From Bugula neritina (taxonomy: Eukaryota > Animalia > Bryozoa), in NCBI GenBank assembly GCA_964035545.1, contig OZ037766.1, positions 11,460,722-11,524,721 of the forward strand: DNA of 64,000 nucleotides. The letters run 5' to 3'. Below the pieces are notes generated by a model. The model was not told the origin of the DNA. It worked only from the letters and a program-made list of their open reading frames with translations, and made no database searches. Shown here one piece after another: positions 13,901-26,600 of this stretch. A program made the translations under genes and the position numbers. Within the stretch, counting starts at the first letter, position 1, and each line of letters opens with the position of its first letter.

Positions 13901-14561
13901 ACATTATTTCCTTTAATAGCTTAAAGAGAATTTATTATTTAATAATTATTGTACAAACCAGTAATTTAATATGAGAGTAACCTTATCAACTGTATTGTTT
14001 AACTAATGGGTTGAGCAAAGCATGTTCGCCAAAATTAGTCTATGACAATACCACAGACTGCAAAAAGCTATAAAATATCTTTAAGTTTATTCTTTTAAAA
14101 AAGATAAAATTTTGGTCTATAGGGTGTTGTGATATTTATCTAGCATTAATTAGTAATTGCATGATAAGGAGGAACAATAGTATCAGTTGATTTTACAATG
14201 TATTATGGGTAGTTTAAGGATAGTTACCGAGCGAGACTGAGTGAGCCAACTTAAACAGTTTCTCTGTGAGCTCTTCATTGAAGATTTGACTTGAAGTAGG
14301 CATTTTAGCAGCAGTGCCATAAAGACCTCTTATTATAGGGTCTATACCACCTTCTTCAATGATACGGAAGGGAGCAAAGAATGCTTTGTGGAGAGGTAAA
14401 TGGCCATAAATGTCTTTCTGCATTGTGCTATTGAGTCTGAATAATGAATAATATAATAGTAAATGTTAGAGTTATATACAGTATATATACGGTATATTTG
14501 CGGTATATATACAGTATATATACACACACGCACGCACGCACACACACATATATATATAAAT

Positions 14562-14625
<64 letters not shown>

Positions 14626-17600
14626 ATGAATTAATTATAATCAATTGCTAAAACTCATTAACAATAATTATATCATAAATTGAGTTTTAATAATATGATA
14701 CAATAAATCTTTCAGATGTGTCACACAATCTTGTTTGATTCTCAGGGATTTCTCACATGTCATCAAATACGATTAAAAGTCCATTAATTAGAATTCAAGG
14801 TCAATTCGTAGGCAGTGCCAGCTGAGAATGTCATTATCTATCGTATTAAACTTGGCAAAAAAGAAAATTACTTTTAATCGCTTTTAACTTTCATAAACTA
14901 AAGATCCTAAGAATTCTGTCTGTCTTAAATTAAAATAATCTTCAGGTAATGAAGAGAAGGATAAATATATTAGATCTAATTGTTATGTATTAAATTTGGT
15001 ATTAGTAAGTTGGCAAGTCAATGTTATTGAGTAAATGCTTTCAACATTTCGCTATAAATAAATTGATATTTTTTAAACTAAATTTCTCCAAATTATTAAT
15101 ATTTCAACACCTGGTTATTTTATCTAAATAGATTTGTGCAGGCAGATTACTTTGATTAGCTTCACCTCTCCTTGTTGATACCATATGCCTGTCAACATTA
15201 TACAATATACATATTATATATAATACATATGATACATATGTAGAACTCACCTGTATAGAACAGGGTTGATTAGAGAGTGACCAAATCTGAAAGCGGCTGT
15301 TGCAAACACATTCAGCACAGTAGGATCTGTATGAGGGTTATAGCCCTTGTATTCGCCAACAATGCTCATCCCAACCTAACAAACATTCACCTTAAATTAT
15401 ATCATAGTTGAGGCAAAAATATCATTGCAATAGTAAAAATTGCATTCGACTTTAGTTTAAATAAAGTTCTGTTAAAAGAGTTTATTTTGTTATCTAGTTT
15501 ATAAGTATAACTAACCGGTCCAATGATCTTAGGCAGCCAGTGCTGATATGTGATGTGTTGCATAATGGCGCCTACAATCTTCCTAGTTTCATAGTAAACC
15601 ATGTCTCCGTCCCAGTGCGGGTTCAGAGTGGACAACTCCGTAGCTATTCGGTTATGTTCTCGAACAAACAATGTGTGTACAGAGAGGAGCCCCAACTGTT
15701 CATTAGCTCTTAGGTCCCCAGCCAGAAAACATGGAATATGTGTCTTTTGAGGATCAATCTAAAATATGTAATAATGAAAATGTTAATTAACATTGTTTAG
15801 TAGGTTAAGTTTATGTTAGACTAATTGTCATCTATATCAAGTGCATTGTATATTGATAAAGTATATACGTAGGCACTGTTGTATTAAATAGACGCAGTAT
15901 AAGTGATGGTGAGAGAATTTAGTTACGAAAGTGAGAATGACTCAGAAGTTATGAAACATGAAAAATGAGCACAAAATTGTATAAATATATTTTGATGCAT
16001 ATAAACCTGACAGTCCATTGGAGCACGAGTATTAAATGGTAACAAGTTTTTCCCAGACGTTGTTTGCAGTAGTCCTGTCTTTAGAAGCCCCGTATTTCTT
16101 GCCAAGTTCCTAAGGCTACGAGAGTGTTCTTGCTCAGAACCATACACATTTGATGCATCTAAAAATAAATTCTTGTTTCTAAACTACACGTGTTTACCTA
16201 GGTGCTGTTTCGTGATACATTTAAAAGTGTACAGCTATTAGAAACACCAACATCTCAAAACTTATCAAATTTCTAAATATTCATCTCTAATAATTTTATG
16301 ATTCACTGTATCAGATAAATACTAATTTTTTGTGTGATTGTACATTTACCAATAAAAGCCGTAAGTTCATTGAGTTGCTCTCTGTGGGTGATTTTGTTGA
16401 AAAAGACTGATGTCATTCCGCTGCCACAGGCAGCACTTGATCTCGTCATGCCTATGCACTTCCTATGCGCCAACCTTGGGTCTCCCTCAGGGGTTTGGAT
16501 GGGGAAACATGGAGCTTGATTGTCACACGTAGAATTACAGAGTTGTCCATCACTGAATCTATAGTTAGTAATAAGACACATTATTGGCTGATGAATTGCA
16601 TAATACATGCCATACACAAAGTAACATAAAGAAAATAATCGACATTTGAATTTTATGATGAAATTATGTCCACATATCCATAATTATATGTAAAATATCA
16701 TTGATCAGTGTTAATATGTATAGCAATAAATATTCAATATACAATTATAGTTTATATGATATATAAATTACATACAGTGCAATAAAAAGCATGACATCTA
16801 TGAGCTAATATCAATTTTGCATATAATTATTTATGTTAAAAATGTAGATTAACGTAATGCAGAAGTACATGTTCAGAGATTTGCATATAAATAATCATAT
16901 TAACTGATGGTCAACAAAATATACAAAAATTATCAAAATACAGTTTTATGTAGATACATTAAGATAAATCTCTTTACTATACCTGGATCGGCTCACAGAC
17001 ATGGGTGTTAAGGTAATATCATGATCTAGAAATTGACCCCACTGCATGAGAAAGCTTGTAAATCTGTCATCGGCTTGTATCTCATGAGCACTCATAATCT
17101 GCGTAGAGACAAGTCTAGCACTAGGTTTCGGGAATCCATGATGCAGCTTACTAGCATTCCAACCTAAAGAAAAAAATATGTAATTAAATAAATTGGTGAA
17201 CAAATATAATTTATATAGTAAATACTTGTATACACATCATATGCTGATTGAAAGAAAATCAATATTCAAATTTGACCATAAAATATTGTTCTTCAAAAGT
17301 TTAAATTTACAGTTACTAACCCACGGGTAGATTAAAATTATTTTCATAAACAGCTGGAAGCCATCTTGAGAATTTGGTCAGTGAAGATCCGACCATAGGC
17401 CGGTGAAGATTATTGCAGGTACCGTCTATTGTCCTGTACTTCATGTGAAAGCACATGTTAGTGCAGTCAATGGGTGCACGACTCTCTTCGCAACCAGATA
17501 ATTCAGATATTAGACGAATCTGATTGGGCGATAATATCTCGTGTACATTGCTGTATGTATCTGTGAATTAAAAGATATATAATATTGTAATAAATAATTG

Positions 17601-20600
17601 GCTAAATACCATTAAAACAGCAACAAATGCATATTTTTCTGTAACAAAAATTGTATTAATTTATTTCTATGGGTTATTACATAAAAGTCTTTACTTTTAA
17701 ATTATTCTATTGAAAATGTAAAGGCTTCAAAGTGTAGTGATGAGATGACCCAGTAGTTCCCAATGTGTAATAGTTAGTGAGCCCGTTTGCAAGCCAGAGG
17801 TCTCCGGTTCAAATCCCAGTGAGGGCAAAAGTTTTATACAAACAACAAACCTAATTTTCTATTACTTACCGCTGTTTTCAATTTCTATTTTCTTTGCACT
17901 GTGTACTTTCTCACTGATTAATTCTAAAGTTCGCTCAAATATCTCAGCAGACCGGGCGATAGTCTGAGCACCTTGAGAAGGAAATTTAAACAGAGCTATA
18001 AGATCACTAGAGGTCAGTGGTTTGTCTCTGTCTTGGAAACTATGAATAGTTGCATCAACAGCTCTGTTCACTTCAGACCGTGCGGTAGATACTGCCTCTT
18101 CCACGAATACATCTCCAGGATAAACTTTTTCTGCTGCACCTGAATGAAGGAATAAAAGATATCTAATAAAAACATATCATATTTTAAGACTACATTTATT
18201 CACCTCCAAGCTACATAACAAAAGTAAATTTGCTAAGCTATTCAATGGTTATAATGCAGTTCTTATAACTATTATAACATTAGTAAAAAAACCTGTTGGG
18301 AAATGACATTATACTAGACAGGTAATGACTACTTTTAAAGTATTTTAAACAGGTGTGGAAATCTTATTTTAAGAATTAAAAGTTGCTACCATCAATATTG
18401 ATTTGTTAGCCATCATATATTAAAGAGAGTTATCTTCTCATCATAGTTTTTATAAATCTAACAACAGCATTATTAATGAAAGAATTTCTTTCAATAATGA
18501 TATGTTATCCACAACTACAGTACATAATATGTTTGCATGGAAAGCTCAAGCTTCATTCTACAAACAAAATAGATTATGATAATGAGTCTGTGATAATATT
18601 ATTTAATCATATTTATTGCTATTTTCTACTTTATTTTGCTCATTGATCGACAGGAGTTTAAAAGTAAATCAATCACACAATATTTTTTAATTTTGTAAAA
18701 GTTTTTTAATGAAAGTTTCCCACTGTCAGCGAAGTCATTCAAAAAGAAAAAAGTGGATACAATATCAGCCCAGTTCTACTTTGAACGAAGAATAAAAAGT
18801 GTGACGGTTGGTGAATATGAGACAGCAAAGTTAGAGATACCAAGAGTGCCTGTCAGTTGCCAAGTGCATGTCTTATATATATTATAACCATCTAACAAAA
18901 CTGTGTGAAGTAATGCAACATGAATGTGTAACTCAAAACCACTAAGTGTTTTATATTTATATGACATTGTTTAAAAACATCTACTGTTCATACACTTTGA
19001 AATTATGTCACGGTAAGTTATCTATACGTAACTTATCATTTAAAGCTCCTACTGAGCCACATTAAAACTGCTGACAAATATAGCAATTACGTCATTGAGA
19101 GCACAAAACTTCAGTTCAAATAACTTCTAAGCTAAAGCGCCCTAATGAAGCTAACAGAATTGAATCATTTTTGCACTGTTATATTTAGAAGTTGTCTACT
19201 CTTTATAATTCTGAATTTGAGGTCAATTAGTTTGACATTTTGTTAGTGAAAGTTATAAATATTAGAGATATCACGCACTGTCCGAATTGTCGAGATACAA
19301 AGTTTTTTAACTTGCCTACAATCTGCAGATGAATATGAAGTTGGGCGCTGCCGGCAGAGCTCACAGCTTGGCAGTCGTATGATCCGGCATCTTCTAACGT
19401 CAAGTTATTAATTGTTAAGAAGTTTTCTCCATTGACTGCAAAATAAAGCCAAATTGTTTGATACTATGAAAAAGTATTTGTTATTTCCACCAAGCCACGC
19501 ATGTTCAACTGAACCAATGTTAATCGAATTAATTATGCAGTAACTTATTTAGGGAAAATGATGAAGAGTTTTAGTGATTGACTAGACATTAAATAAACCT
19601 TCACATATACACGAAAGGACTACGAATACCTTCATATTTCTCATCATCATCTGAAGTGATCTGAGCTCCATTTCTATGCCAGGAGATTGCTGGGTCAGGA
19701 TCACCAGTAGCTGAACACTGAATGGTTACAGAACTGGTCAGCTCAGCTGTTAGAGCCGCTGGGGAACTCGTGAATGTTGGTGGAACTAAAACACATGCAA
19801 TGTAATCAAATATCCTGCACAGAAAGTATATATTCAATTTGTATATCCAGAGTACTTTGCACTTTAAATATATACAATACTAGTGCATACAACTATGCAT
19901 TACATAAACATACATGCTTATAGCAACTTGACAAAAATATTGCGACTTACACAAAGATGATAAGTTCTAAGTGATTCACAGTCATTATTTGACAAATATG
20001 TTTGCTAAACTTAATGAAAATTTAAAAACACTTTTTTGTGTTTTGTAAAACTATTGCTGTTTTGATGACATAACTACAAAGCTTATAAAGGTTTCAAGAT
20101 GTTATGTACATAGAAGAAACTTACAGATCATATGATGCAAGATGGACGATGGCGCACATAAATTATAGACATGTATTCTCAGAAAAACTGTACATGTGCT
20201 GTAAGGTGGGTGTTTATCAACTTGTTTACATTACAGCACAAAATATAAACCAGTTTCGGATGTTGACTAACGACTAATTATTATGATTCAACTAATTGAT
20301 AAGTATGCAGGTTAATAATTTGTAAGGTTGAGGTAAGTTCACCGGGTATTTAACCAGATATAAATTAGGTTGCAATATCTAATAAGAAAATATTATACTG
20401 TTTGTCGGATTCAGAAACTTATTTCTTGTCTATTAATTGTAATAGGAATGTTACGGCAGAAGCTATACTTGGTAAACATAAATAGGTTGGGTGTCTAATG
20501 AAGCATTCAGTAATGTTATTAGCTGATAAACTTACTGCATGTGTTATCTCTTAATATATGATTCATAAAATCAAGAACCATAGGAAACTGCTTCTATTAA

Positions 20601-23600
20601 AGAGAAATGTTAACTCATAATATATGTTATTATATTCAATTGGTATAAATTTCTTAATAATATCATCATTTAATGCTAGTAAGTCTGTAACCTTTATACT
20701 TATTAAGTCAATGAAGGCAGCTCAATTATATTAGAAGTTATTTTGCATGAAACAATGAAGTACGACCAATGAAAATTACAGGAATGTGACAAAAGCAGCG
20801 GTGCATTATGATAGTTATTCTACAAAGTTAGAGGGCTGACATAATGCTCAAGTCAGAACTAATCAAAATTGTACCTTTTAAGAGCAGACAAAATTCTACT
20901 GCTGTTAAACAGGCCTGTTTTTGGAAATTATTATAAATAGTTTCTAACGCAAAGTGAGAAAAGCTGGGTCAAAGGTCAGTTAATGTGCAAGCAGCTGCTC
21001 ATCTGTAAGTCGTATAGGAAATGATGCATGCAATTCTCTGTAATATTGTTGTATAATTGGATAGTGATTGTAACCGGAGTCATCAGTGTGAAACATGTCT
21101 ACATTTTATTACCTCCATTATCGTTTACTCTTACTTAAAACATTCCAATGTGTTCAGTCATATAACCTTTGTTATAAATATACAAAAACTTACTGCTGCT
21201 CTAAAGCAGTAATCACCATGATAAATATTTGCCAAAACTAAGTTATACTTGTGACATTATTTTATACTAGGTCAAAAGCTCGGTGTTTTAGTTCAGCTGC
21301 TTGACTGTCCACAGCAACAAATTCTAGCTAACACAAACCTATAATGTTTTAACGCTGCTGTGAGAATTGGCATCAAGTTATCTCTGCTTCATTTATCAAA
21401 TAATTTCAACCATTCCCTACAGCTATGCATCAACTTCACACTGTAGTCTAGTGGTGTTTGCAGACATTATTAGGACAGCCTCTTGCATGCAGATTAGACT
21501 TTCATCAGCTATTATATGCTATTGCTGCATCATTTCTTTCAATATGCATTATAATATACAGCCTACTGCATACATAATTTATTATTTAAAAGCAGTTTCA
21601 GAATTGCTCATCTTTATAAAAATTGTCAAGTATAAAATCAACCATTTGTGTATTTGCTAAAGTTTACATAATAATGAGATATATAAAATGGCTAAAATTA
21701 TCACTAATTACTTTCCTCACAAATGCACAGGAAATCCTCGACAAGATAACCACTGAATTCTGTGTATGCAGATTATAAACCTACAGTATTTGAGCTGAGT
21801 AGGTGTTTCTTTCACATAGCTCTTATGCAAAGCGCATTGTTTGAATATCATCCTTTTGTTGTGAAATTGAGCACAAAAAGGTGAAAAACAGGTGCAGTGT
21901 GTATATAATTTGTTGCAAGTGAAGCGGCTCGAATTAATAGCAGAGTATACACTGTGAGTTATGAAGTAGAGGCAGCTACATACCTTGTCTCCTAACAGCC
22001 AGCTGAGCATAGCTGCTGACTGTAGCCAAGATATTTGATGCCTCACATTCGTATTGACCTGAGTCAGCGACTTCTACTTGGGAAATTCTTAGATTAGTGC
22101 CGTTCAGTGAAGTTGTAAATCTAACATCACTTCCCAATGTTTCCCCTTTAAATTAATGACTTTTTTAAAATTTAATATGCATAAGAATTAATTTTAAGAG
22201 CAGTTATTAAACTACTTCGCTACACATGTTGTTTATAACTATCTTTTCCTATTCAGGATCTTACCATTTCAAATATAGCTGAGCAAGAATCATACGGTTA
22301 TACATTGTAATGTCTACATCACTTGAAAGATAACTACAATAAACTACTCCTCACTCCTAATATAAGTAATATTAAAAAAAACAACAGTTTGCAAATGTTG
22401 TGCATTTCAGTACAAAACACCTACCATCTTTTGACCAAGATATATAAGGTTTTGGAAAGCCTGTGGTCTCACAAGTGAAGTAAGCTGTGCCTCCTTCCAC
22501 CACTGAAGTAGATGTCGGCTCTTCCACAAAATGAGGCATTGCTGAAACACAGTGCAGTTCACCAGTTATAGGACATCAGGTGTTTTGAAGTATAATGGTT
22601 TTGTAATTAAAATAATCATTTATCAATTAAAAACAGACAACATATAAGTAATAAAGTAAATCAACACCTAATGTTAATATATTATAGAATTATAAGAAAA
22701 GCAATAACAAGCTGATGGTCCTCCTTGTACTGAAGTCTAGTTGCCATAAATAGTTTAGTGATCCAGCATACAACACCTTATCACTTAGCACATTCTTACA
22801 CTTCACTGTATATAGTAAACGTGTCACGTGTTTGAACACCGACCTTGAACTGAGACGGTAGCCGAGGCATGCACAGCCTCATTTCCAATGCTAATAGAAC
22901 AGCGATAGATCCCGGCATCTGCAGACACCACGTCTGTTATTAGCAATATACCTGAAGATAGCAAGGTAGACCTGGTGGAGTCCAGTACGTATGGGCGGCC
23001 ATCTTTGTACCTTCAATCATACAATTCATGCAATTATACAATCAATAGAATAAAATTGATATATACATGTATAGCAAGCTACCAAAACTACATCCGAATG
23101 TATAATTAATTCTAAATTTTAATAACCAATAAGACTATAGCAGAAAATATTATTTTCCAAGTTTATATGTCTTTTTTGTAAATAATTTATAATATTAATA
23201 TTTTATGAAGTGTGCTTAGCTTACCATTGGAGTTCTGCTGAGCCTGCCGCTGTGCAAGTCAAGGAAATACTTCCACCAAGTGAAGTGGTTTGATCTCTGG
23301 GTTTTAATATAAACTCTGGTCTTTCCTCTGTAAGATACAGTGCAATATATATAATTTATATAATATAAATTTAAAGTTTAAACTAAAATTAGCTCAACGT
23401 TTGAGTAAAATCTATCAGCAAATATATTTCTAGCAAATAATTTACCATGAAAAATAATTTTTGGCACAACTAACTTCATTTATAAAAAAATTTTACTTGA
23501 GCATAAAAAAAACAATTTTTTTGTAGTTGATAGTGTGTTTAATACTATTCCGAATAAACATGCAGCACATTAAGTGTAAAACATGAAAAATAAACATTAT

Positions 23601-26600
23601 AATATAAGCAAAAAGTTATTATTTTTCCAGTATATTGAACAAACTCCAAATTATTTTGTAATTATCCTACAAAAAAATGGACGAAAGTTTATAGTCACCA
23701 TCCCTGTTAGAAACCCCTGGTGGAAAAGGTTTTATTTGTTAAATAGGACTAAGTACTCATTCAAATGGGGCACAGAAACAATTGTGACTGGATGCTCTTC
23801 CTATCATCACCAATGGCCTTTGTCCGGGTTCAAACCCATGACCTCATGTTTGCTAGGCAAACGCCCTAACCCCTAGACCACGGCTGCTCTCAGTTTGTAT
23901 AATTATCATAGGTTGTCTGAAACTAGACTGCATAGAGAATCTCACCTGATTGCAGAGTGTTGGTTCTCAGCAGGAGAACGGCGGGTCCGCTGACAGCTTC
24001 ACCGGCATCATTTTGAGCCAAGCAACCATAACTTCCTTGATCTTCAGTGGTGGCGCCATCTATCATCAGCCTGCCATCCGACAGGATGTGGTAACGGCTG
24101 GATGGTTCAACGTCATTGGAAATAATTTCACTTCTGAAATAAAAAAATAATAAATCCGCCACGCAGCCAACAACAGTGAAATGAAAGCTATGTGTTTTCA
24201 TCTAGTGTAAATCATGCAGCATTGCTAAAATGTATTGGGCAAGTTTGACATTTTTCACAAGGCCATATCTCATTTGTTTAGAGAAAGTGCTCAAATAGCC
24301 AGTCATCAATGAATGTACAACACTAACACTTTATAAAGTTTAGTTACATGAGTAGTAGGTGGAGATACATAAGTAGTAGATGTAGTTACACAAGTAGTAG
24401 GTATAGTCCCCTAAGTAGTCAGTGTAGATACATAAGTAATAGGTGCAGTTACTGTAGAAAGTATCTTACTGATTGTGAAACCACGCAATAGCAGGTTGAG
24501 GTTCCCCATTAGCAGCACAGTTCATGTAAACTCTGTCACCTAAACTAGCTTGCACATCTGCAGGCTGAGCAGTAAGTTCTGGTATCTTCATACTGCCACT
24601 AGGGGTGGAGCTCAAATGTTGAGAGCCATCTTGAGGCAGAGCCAGAGTCTGGGAAGACTGTGATGGAACTACAGATGTACTTTGTTGGCGGACTCGAATG
24701 GTTGATGTGGCTATAGCAAAAAGACAAGAGAATTTCAAGTTTTTGTATCAGCACAGTAAAAAAGAATTTATTTTATTTCATATTAACATTTATTGGACGT
24801 AATTAATTTCTATGCTAAAGAGTAAAATACTAACGGCAGTTGAAGTCTTCATTTTCTATGTCTGTAATGGAGAGCCCATTCAGGTTCTCTGGCTCCACAC
24901 ATGTTGCGGCAACTTCCATCAGGTTTGAATTATGAGTCGTATAATTCTTCAGCCATTTTAAATTACAGTCACAAATTAATGGATTGGAGTCAAGCCGCCT
25001 ACATTACAAATTCATAAAACTCATACAGAGATTTTACATTACTTTTACCAAAAAATAGTGATTTATTTATTATAGAGATGATATAAATTTTATTATAAAT
25101 ACAACATTATATGTGCATAGGAAATATATAACATAGAATTATATTACTGTGTTTGCATTTTTATTTTAAAACCCATGAATAAGATTCACAGTTTAAAATC
25201 TAGCCTCAAATCACAGTAATTAAAGACTTCAAACTCAGCATGATTAGCACAAATGCTAAACTAAATATCTTATCTAGTATATAAATAATACCCCATAACC
25301 CCCCCTCTCCCAATTCACATAAATTAAATTGAAAATAAGCGACATTTTATCAACCAATACGCAAGATCGAACGTCATAAATGAGTTTTTAAAATTACAAG
25401 ATTTATAAGAAGTTTGACAAGAGGCAACAGCAAGAGAGAACAGCCCAGTTAACTATTTAGTAGATTAGTAAGTTGGGCCGTGTTAATGTGATTTTAGTCT
25501 TCCTTTAAAATATTAGCTAGCTTAGGCATGTTCATTTTCATACACTGAAATAAACTTACAATCTGGTCAGCTCTGTCAGTGGAGTTAGGGAGCCGTCGGG
25601 TATTGACTTTAATTGGTTATTATGCAAAAACCTGCAATAATTACATTTACAAGTTCAAGTTAAAATGTATAATTTATTTCGAGATCAGTAGCATAACAAG
25701 GAATAAAATCACACTACAAATTCTACAAAGAGAATACCAGTAAAGACCATATATGCAGCCGTTGTCCCCGAGAAGTGGTTGAAATTGGTGCAAAAATCAC
25801 ACAACTAAAACAGGCATGCTATTCTAGAGGTATAAAAAGAGAAGACAAGGTTTTCAGAATTACCAACGTCACTTACAAGCGCTTCAACGATGGAAGACTT
25901 TGAAATGCTCCTAAGCTAATGAAGTTTATTTCATTAGCATGAATATACCTAAACGTATAAAAACATATCATATTTTGATAACACAATTGAAACACTTCCA
26001 TCATTCCATTTCACCATTCTATATTATAGGCAAAAAATATAAACAGTAGTGCCTTAGCATTTTAGAAAGTGTAGGAATTTCAAAGTTTTGAAAACAGTAA
26101 GGAACTGTGCAAGGGAAATTCGGCAAGTTGAGGTATTAATTTTAGCAAATACACTTTAGTTATGTTATATGATTGTATATGCTAAAAACAGTGTCTTTTA
26201 CAGAACAGACACATTTTTAAACTAATTATGTTGAATAATAGTAAATTTTATAAAAATCACTTTTACTTAGGTTAAGGCAGTTCCTTGCTACTCCATTGAT
26301 ATCGCTACTGCTTGCTAAACACTAACTGGTCTAAAAGTACTTACCATGGAAACTTATTCTTCTAAAAAAAATTCTTGCTCAGTGCCAAAGAGATAATGAT
26401 GGCTAATCAACCAGTAATTGTAAGTTTTGGTAAGATTTTGGTTGTAAAAAATTTGGCAATGTGCGAATAGTGATGAGAGAGCTGGAGAACTCAAAGTTTG
26501 AATATGCTATTAATTTAAAAATATAATCTGTAACATCCTAAAGACTGAACTTATTACAGTATAGTATAGTTTACCAATGAACCAAAACATAAGGGTTTAT

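Noticed and set aside
17756-17828. Functional tRNA-Ala gene
   Set aside because: Acceptor and anticodon stems do not pair properly, so it was treated as a SINE head or pseudogene.
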